The translations under genes and the position numbers were made by a program. Positions 47,892 to 57,327 of a stretch of 64,000 nucleotides of DNA are shown here, piece by piece. Under the pieces are notes generated by a model, which searched no databases, was not told where the DNA came from, and saw only the letters and a program-made list of their open reading frames with translations. The stretch comes from an uncultured Lachnospiraceae bacterium (GTDB taxonomy: Bacteria > Bacillota > Clostridia > Lachnospirales > Lachnospiraceae), in NCBI GenBank assembly GCA_947628955.1, contig CANRBX010000001.1, forward strand, positions 3,931 through 67,930, written 5' to 3'. How positions within the stretch are numbered: the first letter of the stretch is position 1; every line of letters begins with the position of its first letter.

Positions 47892-49526
47892 TCACACCCA
47901 GTCGCTCTCGAACGGAAACGCCGGAATCCCCGCGGAATTGTACAGATTCATCACATACCAGTTGCTCCAGCCGAGCCGGACCTTTACGCCGCCCTGTGCT
48001 TTCCCGGGAGCCGCCGCAGGTTCTGCCTTCACCGAAGGATCCCCTCCGCCGGGCAGCGCGCCCGTATCGTCCGCGAGCCCGATCTGCAGCGTGTCACCGC
48101 ATATTTCATATGTAAATGGGATCTGCCTCCCCTCCCGGTCCACAATCTGCAGAGGAAGCGCTCCCGGCCCGTCTGTATGCAGGCCCTCCCCGGCATGTTC
48201 AAACTTCACACAGAGCTTCTCTGCGGTGCGGCTGATCCCGCCTACCGCGGGCGCTTCACACAGAATCTCATGTCCGTACACATGGCCAAGCGCCAGCAGG
48301 GCCAGCCGCTCGCCCACCGTCTTTTTGTCCTTCGGATGGATATCCCACTCCATCCCGGCGTCCCCGATGCTCGCCAGGAAAACGCCCGGTTTCCGGTCTG
48401 CCACTTCCTTCTGCTTCTGCCGAAGCGTGACATAGTCTTTCGCGTCAAACCCGTTCCAGTGCCGGAAGGGTGCAAGCTGTACCGCCAGAAACGGCAGAGC
48501 CTCATCCTTCCACAGGGTTCTCCAGTCGTCGATCATCGCGGAGAACATCCCGCCGTAAAGCCCGGGGCCGAAATCCATCTCATCATCGCTCTCCCCCTGA
48601 TAGTAGAGAAACCCCTTCACAGGAAAATCCGAAATTTTCTTCACCATATGCTCATACAGGCTGCCCGGGATCTGCTGCGGCGTCAGAGGCCACACGCTTC
48701 CGTCCGCCGGCAGGCCGAACAGCTTCAGAAGCTTTTCCGGAGGCATGGCCGTATGCGCCGCCATAAATTTTGCCGCTTCCTCATCTGTCCGGGCCACCGG
48801 GACCATGAACTCTGTAAACGGAAACCGCATCGGGTTCCCGGTGTTGTTCATCTGCCATTTGTTCTGCAGCCTGTAGTACTCGTCCAGGCTGACGCCCTCC
48901 AGGCGGCGTTTCATCTCGTCGTGCCAAGGCTTTCCCACACGCTCCACGCTCTTCGGATCCATCCACGCCAGGATCGCTGTGCCTCCCCAGTTGCACCCGA
49001 GGATGCCGATTGGAACCCGCTCCTGCTCGTACACCTTCTGCGCAAAATAAAACGCGACCGCGCTGAAATAATCCAGGTCCTCCCGGGACACCGCCCTGCG
49101 CCAGACAGACATTTTGCTGTAATCGAAGGCTTCCTCCTGTCCCTCATAGGCCACCTCCGGCACATCGTAGAACCGGATCTGGTCATTGTACTGCGGATAA
49201 TTTCCGGCCCACACCTGCTGTTCATATTTCAGGTAATATTCCATATTGGACTGGCCGCCTGCCACCCAGACGTCCCCCACGGAAATGTCCGAAATCTCCA
49301 GTCGCTCTTCCCCGCGGCACACGGTCATGACAAGCCCTGTCGCCGCCTCATGCGCAGGCAGCACAGCGCGCCACCGTTTTCCGGAAAGCTCCGCCTCCGC
49401 CGTCTGTCCGTCAAAGCTCACACAGACAGCCTGCGCGGTATCCGGGCCGCATTCGCCCCAGACGTGAATCTCCTTATCTCTCTGCAGCACCATCCCGTCT
49501 GCGAATAAAGAATCAAAACGAATCAT
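47892..49526 (-). CDS. Sialate O-acetylesterase family (SGNH) carbohydrate esterase
   Basis: GMVLQR, GGQSNM, NWGGT, YQGESD, DIHPKDK. Confidence 0.9.
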   Translation of the reverse strand: MIRFDSLFADGMVLQRDKEIHVWGECGPDTAQAVCVSFDGQTAEAELSGKRWRAVLPAHEAATGLVMTVCRGEERLEISDISVGDVWVAGGQSNMEYYLKYEQQVWAGNYPQYNDQIRFYDVPEVAYEGQEEAFDYSKMSVWRRAVSREDLDYFSAVAFYFAQKVYEQERVPIGILGCNWGGTAILAWMDPKSVERVGKPWHDEMKRRLEGVSLDEYYRLQNKWQMNNTGNPMRFPFTEFMVPVARTDEEAAKFMAAHTAMPPEKLLKLFGLPADGSVWPLTPQQIPGSLYEHMVKKISDFPVKGFLYYQGESDDEMDFGPGLYGGMFSAMIDDWRTLWKDEALPFLAVQLAPFRHWNGFDAKDYVTLRQKQKEVADRKPGVFLASIGDAGMEWDIHPKDKKTVGERLALLALGHVYGHEILCEAPAVGGISRTAEKLCVKFEHAGEGLHTDGPGALPLQIVDREGRQIPFTYEICGDTLQIGLADDTGALPGGGDPSVKAEPAAAPGKAQGGVKVRLGWSNWYVMNLYNSAGIPAFPFESDWV

Positions 49527-49604
49527 GGCAACCTCCTGATCTTTTTTATACTGACTGCCCCGGCACGCGCCTCTACCGCCGGCAGGGCAGACACGCTCTT
49601 TCCA

Positions 49605-49730
49605 TCTTCCTGTTCAGCTTCGCAGGAAAAGATTCCGGCATTCCTCTTTTTCCTGCTCAGTCTTCCGGCAAAAATTCCGGCATTCCTCTTTTTCCCGCTC
49701 AGTCCCCCGGGAAAAGGATCCCGGCGTCCT
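49605..49730. repeat. About 42-bp tandem repeat overlapping the oxidoreductase stop codon
   Basis: attccggcattcctctttttcc[t/c]gctcagtc twice plus partial units. Confidence 0.75.
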
Positions 49731-50682
49731 TCCGCACAGTCTCCAGCACCTCCACCACCTGGATCATCATGTCCAGCCTCCGGTAAATGCTGTCGTAATC
49801 CCCGCTGCGCACAAGCCTCGTCAGCTCCTGCACCTCGTAAAACCTTCTGTCCCGCTCATCCTGTTCGCTGAACACTTCGTCCGCCGACGAAGTGACGACC
49901 CGGACCTGGGAAAGTCCGTTGCTGCCGTCCCGGACATAGAGATATCCTCGTTCACCCTCGATCTGGAAGAAATTGACGCCCCAGGTGTCCTTGGCCCCCA
50001 CGGACTCGCTGACAAAATCCTCATACTGCATCAGCACGATGCCGGAGGTGTCTATCCCGCCGCGCATGTTCGGGTAGTACACGGCGGACCGCGGCTTCCC
50101 GAAAAGGGCCACGTTCAGGTAAACATTGTAAAAATTGATATCCATCAGACTGCCGCCCGCGTACTGCGGGTTGAACACATTGGGAAGCTCCCCCTTCAGC
50201 AGAAGGTCATAGCGGCTGGAATACTGGCTGTAATTTCCCTGCACCAGGCGGATCCGTCCTATTTTCGGAAGCTCCCTTTTCAGGACCTCCAGGTTCGGCA
50301 GAAACGCAGTCGGCACCGCATCGATCAGAAAAAGCCCCCTCTCCTTCGCGAGCGCCGTCAGCTCCCTGGCCTGCGCGGCCCTGGTGCAGAACGGCTTCTC
50401 ACAGATCACATTTTTTCCCGCCAGAAGCGCCTTCTTCGTCTGTTCATAATGGAGCAGGTTCGGCGACGCGACATAGACAAAATTGATCTCGTCGTCCCGC
50501 AGAAACGCGTCCATATCTGTGTACACCTTCGACACGCCGTACTCTGCCGCGAGCGCCCCGCCTTTCTCCTGCGTTCTTGAATACACCGCCGCAAGGCGTA
50601 TCCCATCGGTCTCCTTCACACCATCCAGCACGGAATGCACAATGGATCCCGAGCCGATCGTTCCCAGTCTGATCTCGTTCAT
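49699..50682 (-). CDS. Gfo/Idh/MocA-family oxidoreductase
   Basis: GTIGSGSI, YVASPN..H, CEKP, GGSLMD. Confidence 0.9.
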   Translation of the reverse strand: MNEIRLGTIGSGSIVHSVLDGVKETDGIRLAAVYSRTQEKGGALAAEYGVSKVYTDMDAFLRDDEINFVYVASPNLLHYEQTKKALLAGKNVICEKPFCTRAAQARELTALAKERGLFLIDAVPTAFLPNLEVLKRELPKIGRIRLVQGNYSQYSSRYDLLLKGELPNVFNPQYAGGSLMDINFYNVYLNVALFGKPRSAVYYPNMRGGIDTSGIVLMQYEDFVSESVGAKDTWGVNFFQIEGERGYLYVRDGSNGLSQVRVVTSSADEVFSEQDERDRRFYEVQELTRLVRSGDYDSIYRRLDMMIQVVEVLETVRKDAGILFPGD

Positions 50683-50772
50683 CTGTTTTTCTCCTGTCTC
50701 TGGCCCGGCCGCTTTCTTCTCTCTGTCCCGGCGGTCTCTGTGCCTTTGCACATCTATTTTTTCTCAACTCTG

Positions 50773-52551
50773 TCAGACCCTGCGCTCATTGATCTCGCGG
50801 ATGCGCTCCGGATCCACCTTGAAATTCCGGTCCGCGTCCATCAGGCCGTTGATCTCCTGCTGCACGTCTGTGACCTGTGTATAGCAGTATCCGCACACGT
50901 ACGGCAGCTTCTTGATCGCCGTCGTGACCGCGTCGAATCTGGCCAGGAAATCTTCGCTGTCCTTCACCTTTTTCCCATATCCCCAGCCCCGGTCGTCATT
51001 GTCAAACGCAATGCCGCCAAATTCGCTGATGATCACCGGCTGTCCGCGGTACCGGTAGCCCTCTGCAAAGGCCTTTTTGTGGCCGCAGTGCGACATTTCC
51101 GAGGCCAGGATCTCATCCCTGTGATCCGTGTAGCGCCGCAGCAGGATCTCCCCCGCCTCTTCATAATCGTGCAGGGTCAGGATATCCGACACCGTGTGCT
51201 CCCAGCCGTCGTTTGTGATCACCGGACGGTACGGATCGATGCTCTTCGTCAGATGATAGATCCCCTCCGTGAAATGCTGCTCCCTGCGCCGGTTCCTGAT
51301 CTGGTTCACGCCCCAGGACTCGTTGAACGGCGTCCAGGTAATGATGCAGGGATGATTGTAATTCTGACGCACGATCTCCAGCCACTCCCGGGCAAACAAC
51401 TCCACAGCGTTGTCCGAATACTGGTAGGCGGCCGGAGCCTCGCTCCAGACCAGCATGCCCTTTACGTCGCACCAGTACAGAAAGCGCTCGTCCTCGACCT
51501 TCTGATGCTTGCGCAGGCCATTGTAGCCCATCGCCCGGATCTTCTCAATATCTTCGATCAGCGCCTCCTCGTCCGGCGGGGTGAGATGGGAATCCTTCCA
51601 GTAGCCCTGATCCAGGATCAGGCGCTGATACAGCGGCCTTCCGTTCAGCAGGATGCGGGAGCCGTCAATCTGAACCTCCCTCATGGCAAAATAGGAGCCC
51701 GCCCGGTCGAGAAGCCTCCCATCGCACAGCAGCCTGAATTCGATATCGTACAGATCCGGCCGCTCCGGCGACCACGTGTGCACAGAGCACTCCGTGGAGG
51801 GCAAATCCGGCGTCCGCATGTCCAGGCACATGGTCTGCCGTTCCTTTGTCACCGCAAACGACGTCCGGCTGACGGGCCGGCCCCGGAAGGACACCTCCGT
51901 CTCCAGCACCAGTCCCGGCTCCAGAGGCTTTCCCGACGTCCCGATCTCATACTCCGCTTCGAGCTGCTGCTCACTGAGATGAGGCGTCATCTTTACCCCC
52001 GAAAGATGCACGTCCGGCACGTACTCGAGCCACACGGTCTTCCATATGCCGGTCGTCTGCACATACCAGCACCCGAAGTTCTCCCCGATCCAGCGCTGTT
52101 TCCCGCGCGGCTGCTGCGTGTCGCAGGAATCCTCCGCCTTCACGGCAATGTCATTCGTGCCGCCGCACACAAGATCTGTAATGTCAAACGAAAACCGGCT
52201 GTAGCCTCCGCGGTGCTCCCCCGCATACGTTCCGTTCACCCAGAGCCTGGTCAGGAAATCGCTCCCCTCAAAGTGCAGCATGCAGCGGCTTCCCTGCAGC
52301 TTTTCCTCCGAAATCTCCAGCGTCCTGTGATACCAGACGTCCCTGTGAATGTCCTCCTCCCCGATCCCGCTTTTCGGCGTCTCATACGTAAACGGGACAA
52401 GGATGCTCCGCTGCTTCGGAAAATCCCGGAACCACTGCTCCCGCTCTCCCACATCTGCGTCGTCAAAAGCAAAGTCCCAGTATCCGTTCAGATTTGTCCA
52501 CTCATCCCGCACAAACTGTGGCCTCGGATAATCTTTTTTGTAACAGTTCAT
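50773..52551 (-). CDS. Glycoside hydrolase family 2
   Basis: YPRPQF, GIWKTVW, RKHQK, WTPFNESWG, ISEFGG. Confidence 0.9.
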   Translation of the reverse strand: MNCYKKDYPRPQFVRDEWTNLNGYWDFAFDDADVGEREQWFRDFPKQRSILVPFTYETPKSGIGEEDIHRDVWYHRTLEISEEKLQGSRCMLHFEGSDFLTRLWVNGTYAGEHRGGYSRFSFDITDLVCGGTNDIAVKAEDSCDTQQPRGKQRWIGENFGCWYVQTTGIWKTVWLEYVPDVHLSGVKMTPHLSEQQLEAEYEIGTSGKPLEPGLVLETEVSFRGRPVSRTSFAVTKERQTMCLDMRTPDLPSTECSVHTWSPERPDLYDIEFRLLCDGRLLDRAGSYFAMREVQIDGSRILLNGRPLYQRLILDQGYWKDSHLTPPDEEALIEDIEKIRAMGYNGLRKHQKVEDERFLYWCDVKGMLVWSEAPAAYQYSDNAVELFAREWLEIVRQNYNHPCIITWTPFNESWGVNQIRNRRREQHFTEGIYHLTKSIDPYRPVITNDGWEHTVSDILTLHDYEEAGEILLRRYTDHRDEILASEMSHCGHKKAFAEGYRYRGQPVIISEFGGIAFDNDDRGWGYGKKVKDSEDFLARFDAVTTAIKKLPYVCGYCYTQVTDVQQEINGLMDADRNFKVDPERIREINERRV

Positions 52552-52783
52552 CTTGTACCTCCCGCTTCAGACAGTGTGATTTCCTATAATTTATCGTGCG
52601 CAACCTGCCCTGTCAATATATTTTTCATGTAAAAGGGCCGTTGCCCTGCAGCAACAGCCCTGATATCTTTTTTATCTGAAATTCTTTTCTGTCTGCCTGA
52701 AAGTTTTTCTGTTTAAAAATTCTTTTTCTCCGGAAAATTTTTCTTATCGGAAGCTCTCTTTTCTGTCTCTGTCTGCGGTGTTA

Positions 52784-53389
52784 TCAGATCGCGAAGTTTG
52801 CTGCGGTGCCGTTCTGTGCCGTTACTTCTCCGTCCTCGATCTCCATTACGCTCTGCTGTCCGTTCGCTGCCGCCTTGAACTCAACCTGAAGGTTTACGCT
52901 GTCCTCTGCCGTCTCAACCTCTGCCCCATTTGCCACGAAGATCACATCGTAGAATTTGTACTCTGCGCTTGCGTCTGCTCCGTACACTGCCTCTGCCGCT
53001 GCCTTTGCCTCTTCGTATGCCGCGCTGCCTTCCTCAAGCTTCGTAACTACCATCTCTGCGTTCACCGGAAGCTCTCCCTCTGCACGGATGACCACTTCCT
53101 CGTTCTCGAAGAAGAAGCTCTGCACTGCGCTCTGTGCGCCTGCGTTTGCCTCGGTCTGGGCCTGCTCAGCCGCCTGTGCAACCTCTGCCGGAACCTCTGC
53201 CTCGACAACTGCCACAACCTGTACGTCGAATCCGATCTCTGCTGCCGCTTCGGTCTCAGCCGTGATCTCTGCTGCCATCTCCGTGGTCTCGTCGATGATG
53301 ATGTCTTCCTCTGCCATTGCCGGTGCGTATACCATGAATGCTGCCATCGCTGCTGCAAGTACCATTTTCTTAAGATTCATCTTCGTCAT
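52784..53389 (-). CDS. Secreted acidic hypothetical protein
   Basis: Signal peptide (KKMVLAAAMAAF...AMA), Glu/Ala-rich, GGAGG RBS. Confidence 0.75.
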   Translation of the reverse strand: MTKMNLKKMVLAAAMAAFMVYAPAMAEEDIIIDETTEMAAEITAETEAAAEIGFDVQVVAVVEAEVPAEVAQAAEQAQTEANAGAQSAVQSFFFENEEVVIRAEGELPVNAEMVVTKLEEGSAAYEEAKAAAEAVYGADASAEYKFYDVIFVANGAEVETAEDSVNLQVEFKAAANGQQSVMEIEDGEVTAQNGTAANFAI

Positions 53390-53509
53390 CGCTTTTCCCT
53401 CCGCTTAATGCTCATCTATGTAAATCAGTTGTTTTCTGCTTTTCTGATTACATTATAGCATGCGAACTATTTCGTAAATTATTTCGTCGATGACTTTTTT
53501 TGTATTTTT

Positions 53510-54076
53510 TCACTTTTTTAGAAATAATTTTATCCAGAAACGGTGCACGGCAAGGCTTTCATCGAGTTCGGGGTGGAATGCGGTGACAAGCTGGCTGCCC
53601 TGGCGCGCCGCCACGATTCTTCCGCCGGTTTCCGCAAGCACCTGCACGCCCTTTCCCGCCTCCGCAATATACGGCGCGCGTATAAAGGTCATCGGAATCC
53701 TTCCGATCCCGTCAAATGTCTCTTCCGCATAAAAGCTGCCCAGCTGGCGGCCATAGGCATTCCTTCTGGCGCGGATGTCCATGGAGGCGAAGCAGGGAAG
53801 CCCTCCTTCCACCTCCCTCGCAAGCAGGATCAGGCCCGCGCAGGTTCCAAACACCGGAAGCCCCGCCCGGATCCTCTCTCTGAGCGGATCAAACAGGTTC
53901 AGGTCACACAGGAGCTTTCTCATCGCGGTGCTCTCGCCGCCCGGAAGGATCAGTCCGTCAAAATCATCCTCCAGATCCGCGCGCCGACGGATCTCAAAGT
54001 GCTCCTCGCCGAGCCGGTCCAGCACCGCGCCGTGTTCTGCGAATGCGCCCTGCAGCGCCAGAATCCCGATCCTCAT
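53510..54076 (-). CDS. pdxT: PLP synthase glutaminase subunit
   Basis: GILALQGAF, PGGEST, GTCAG, FIRAP, FHPE. Confidence 0.96.
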   Translation of the reverse strand: MRIGILALQGAFAEHGAVLDRLGEEHFEIRRRADLEDDFDGLILPGGESTAMRKLLCDLNLFDPLRERIRAGLPVFGTCAGLILLAREVEGGLPCFASMDIRARRNAYGRQLGSFYAEETFDGIGRIPMTFIRAPYIAEAGKGVQVLAETGGRIVAARQGSQLVTAFHPELDESLAVHRFWIKLFLKK

Positions 54077-54951
54077 TATTTTCCCCTCTCTGCCATCAGA
54101 AGGCTGATCTCCTGCTCATTGATCCCGACCATCGCCTCGCCCAGGTCCTCCGAGAGCTCTGCCAGCAGCTTCGCGTCCCTGTAATTTGTCACGGCCTGCA
54201 CGATGGCCGCCGCGCGCTTTTCCGGATTGCCGGACTTAAAAATGCCCGAGCCGACGAAGACTCCCTCCGCGCCGAGCTGCATCATCAGGGCCGCGTCCGC
54301 AGGCGTAGCGACCCCGCCCGCCGCAAAATTCACCACCGGCAGCTTTCCGTGGTCATGGACATAAACAAGCAGATCGTACGGAACCTGGAGCTGCTTCGCC
54401 GCCTCAAAAAGCTCGTCCTCTGCCATGGAGACGACCCTCCGGATCTCAGACTGCATCCGCCGCATGTGGCGCACCGCCTGAACGACGTCCCCCGTTCCCG
54501 GCTCCCCCTTGGTGCGGATCATCGAGGCCCCCTCGCGGACGCGGCGCAGCGCCTCGCCGAGATCCCTGGCCCCGCAGACAAACGGCACCTTAAACAGCGT
54601 CTTGTCAATGTGGTACTGGTCGTCCGCAGGCGAGAGAACCTCGCTCTCGTCGATATAATCAATCTCGATCGCCTCGAGTATCTGAGCCTCCGCAAAATGC
54701 CCGATGCGGCACTTCGCCATGACAGGAATGGAGACCGCCTCCTGGATGCCGCGGATCATTTTGGGGTCGCTCATCCGCGAAACGCCCCCTGCCGCACGGA
54801 TGTCAGCCGGAATGCGCTCAAGCGCCATGACCGCGCACGCTCCCGCCGCCTCCGCGATCCTGGCCTGCTCCGGCGTCGTGACGTCCATGATCACACCGCC
54901 CTTCAGCATCTGGGCAAGCTCCTTGTTCAGTTCATATCTTGTCTTTTCCAT
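54076..54951 (-). CDS. pdxS: PLP synthase lyase subunit
   Basis: [41 protein letters not shown]. Confidence 0.97.
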   Translation of the reverse strand: MEKTRYELNKELAQMLKGGVIMDVTTPEQARIAEAAGACAVMALERIPADIRAAGGVSRMSDPKMIRGIQEAVSIPVMAKCRIGHFAEAQILEAIEIDYIDESEVLSPADDQYHIDKTLFKVPFVCGARDLGEALRRVREGASMIRTKGEPGTGDVVQAVRHMRRMQSEIRRVVSMAEDELFEAAKQLQVPYDLLVYVHDHGKLPVVNFAAGGVATPADAALMMQLGAEGVFVGSGIFKSGNPEKRAAAIVQAVTNYRDAKLLAELSEDLGEAMVGINEQEISLLMAERGK

Positions 54952-55024
54952 TATCCCTCTCCTCCTTGTTCGTCTGTATTTCGTCAGCTGCTGTCAGGAC
55001 CGGCGGATGCCGTGCGCCTTCTTC

Positions 55025-55098
55025 CTGACTTCGTTGACATTTTAGTCCGAACCTGATAATATGAAAATAACCAAAACAGGAGAATTTTATATAATCAG
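55025..55098 (+). promoter_or_regulatory. pdxR promoter and candidate PdxR binding motifs
   Basis: TTGACA (55034)-17-TAATAT; ctgact (55025) and ctgata (55053) direct, aatcag (55093) inverted. Confidence 0.5.
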
Positions 55099-56331
55099 AT
55101 GAATTACAGGATTGAGAAAAATGCAGAAAAGACTGCCTACATGCAGCTTTATGAATTGTTAAAAGCAGACATCATTTCCGGCGTGTACCGTTACGGCTCG
55201 AAGCTGCCCTCCAAGCGCACGCTGGCGGATGAGACTCACCTGAGCGTCATGCCCGTCATGCACGCATACAACCTGCTCTGCGAGGAAGGCTATATAGAGC
55301 CGCGCGAGCGCAGCGGCTATTTCGTCATTTACCGGGAGAACGATTTTCACACCTTCTCCCCCGCGGCCGGCCGCGAACTCTCCCATGTTCCGGCTTCCGG
55401 CAGCATTTTCTCACACGCCACGGCCTCAGACGGCCGCCCAGCCCTCTCTCCGGCCGGCGAAACGGGCCCTTCACATCCGCAGGCCGAAGACGGCCGCGCC
55501 GGCGGCCCCCGAAATGAATTTCCCTACAGCGTCCTTGCGAAGACCATGCGCAGGGTTCTGTCCGAATACGCAGACCAGCTCCTTGTAAAGTCCCCAAACT
55601 GCGGCTGTACAAAGTTCCGCCGGGCGATCGCGTCCTATCTCGCCCGCAGCATCGGGATTTTCGCGGATCCAGCGCAGGTCATCGTCGGCTCCGGCTCAGA
55701 ATATCTGTACAGCCTGATCGCCCAGCTGCTCGGCGGGCACAGAAGCTTCGCGCTGGAGGATCCCTCCTATGAAAAGATCCGTTCCGTATACGAGGCCAAC
55801 GGGATTTCCTGCGATATGCTGAAGCTCGGGCGTGACGGGATCCGTTCAGATGAGCTCAGGCGGACCCGGGCGGCCGTGCTGCACATTACTCCCTTCAGCA
55901 ATTTCCCGAGCGGCGTCACGGCAAGCGCTTCCAAAAAACAGGAATATATCCGCTGGGCCAGAACCCGCGGAGGTTTTATCATCGAGGATAATTATGCGTC
56001 TGAGCTGACGCTCTCAAAGAAAAATGAAGACACGGTGTTCTCGCTCGCAGGCCAGGAATCCGTCCTCTATCTGAACACCTTCTCGCAGACCATCGCGCCG
56101 TCCATCCGGGTCGGCTATATGGTCCTGCCGGAAAGCCTGCTGGAAACATTCGATCAGAAACTGGGATTTTACTCCTGCACGGTGCCTACCTTTGAGCAGT
56201 ACGTGCTGACAGAGCTGCTGGAGACCGGGGAATTTGAACGGCACATCAACCGCGTGCGCAGAGAAAAGAGAAGGGAGAGACAGACCGCGCGCCGCACGGC
56301 AGCACCCGGACAGATAACTTATTTTTCATAA
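55099..56331 (+). CDS. pdxR: MocR/GabR-family regulator (PdxR-like)
   Basis: GntR HTH (KLPSKRTLA, EGYIEPRERSGYFV) plus aminotransferase-like domain; divergent from pdxST. Confidence 0.82.
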   Translation: MNYRIEKNAEKTAYMQLYELLKADIISGVYRYGSKLPSKRTLADETHLSVMPVMHAYNLLCEEGYIEPRERSGYFVIYRENDFHTFSPAAGRELSHVPASGSIFSHATASDGRPALSPAGETGPSHPQAEDGRAGGPRNEFPYSVLAKTMRRVLSEYADQLLVKSPNCGCTKFRRAIASYLARSIGIFADPAQVIVGSGSEYLYSLIAQLLGGHRSFALEDPSYEKIRSVYEANGISCDMLKLGRDGIRSDELRRTRAAVLHITPFSNFPSGVTASASKKQEYIRWARTRGGFIIEDNYASELTLSKKNEDTVFSLAGQESVLYLNTFSQTIAPSIRVGYMVLPESLLETFDQKLGFYSCTVPTFEQYVLTELLETGEFERHINRVRREKRRERQTARRTAAPGQITYFS

Positions 56332-56597
56332 AAACCCTTTTTACTGTATTCAGCCCACTTTAAGTACATTTCCTGATAATTATTTTTTATGAAAATCTGT
56401 ATTTTCCGTATCTCTCTGTCATTTAATATTCCGCGGTTCTGAAGGACGCTGTCGCCGTTTTCCTTTACGAAAAACTTTGCAGATCCGGCTTCTGTCAGTT
56501 TTTTATCGCTTGCATGAACATGCATACATTCAATCGTGCAAAAAGATGTAAAGTAGAGATAGTACCCCTCTATTTTGTATTCATAGTATTTAGGCAT
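56319..56597 (-). CDS. DUF4160-like small protein
   Basis: YLYFTS...ECMHVHA...AKFFV...W pattern; low GC. Confidence 0.72.
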   Translation of the reverse strand: MPKYYEYKIEGYYLYFTSFCTIECMHVHASDKKLTEAGSAKFFVKENGDSVLQNRGILNDREIRKIQIFIKNNYQEMYLKWAEYSKKGFYEK

Positions 56598-56820
56598 TCT
56601 CGTCCTCCATAAGTTCTTTGTTCTTATTCCAGTAAGTTTTTACGATCTGAATTTCAATATCATCCATACTGGTCTCCAGGACATCCCCTGCCTCGTCTAT
56701 CATGACTGCCTTTTCCGGATTATTCAGGTTTAAAACCCTGATGACACCATCTTCCCTCGTAAATGCATATCCGTTGATTATCATATCTGCCTTATCTGCC
56801 ACCTGCATTATATCAATCAT
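56590..56820 (-). CDS. Small acidic hypothetical protein
   Basis: 76 aa, 8-bp overlaps with both neighbours, GGAGG near its end serves the next gene. Confidence 0.75.
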   Translation of the reverse strand: MIDIMQVADKADMIINGYAFTREDGVIRVLNLNNPEKAVMIDEAGDVLETSMDDIEIQIVKTYWNKNKELMEDENA

Positions 56821-57085
56821 AGGAAATCCTCACTTTCTCAATCGGCTTTAAAAAAACATCCGCATCAAAATAAAGCTTTTCCAATATCGGAATCAGATCA
56901 ATATATTCTTCTTCAGTTGCCTCATGATGCCTGTATTTCGCCATAACCACCAGATAACCGTGATCCCACTCCTTCACCTGAATATATTTTTCCAGCGAGT
57001 ACGGGGCCCTGAATCTGATCGTATATCTCCCATATCTGAAAATGGTATATCGCTGATCATTTGTTAAAATTGCTTCATTTTCCAT
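56813..57085 (-). CDS. Small hypothetical protein
   Basis: 90 aa, AAAGGA RBS, first gene of the low-GC triad. Confidence 0.75.
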   Translation of the reverse strand: MENEAILTNDQRYTIFRYGRYTIRFRAPYSLEKYIQVKEWDHGYLVVMAKYRHHEATEEEYIDLIPILEKLYFDADVFLKPIEKVRISYD

Positions 57086-57327
57086 AAAACGATATCCTTT
57101 CCTGTAAAGGTGAACGTTAAAACCGGCATTCGTCCCGGCCTGAAAGCTTTTCCGGACGGCAGACAGACCGCGCGCAAAAATGCCACACCAGCCGGAGCGT
57201 GTTCCCGGGATAAATCAGTGTGAGACCGGACACCTCCGATACAGCCGAAGCCATACTCCTCCCCGGAACTGGTGTGACAGGATCATTATAATACTGCCGG
57301 ATCAAAAAAGCAATGGCTCTGCGGAAA

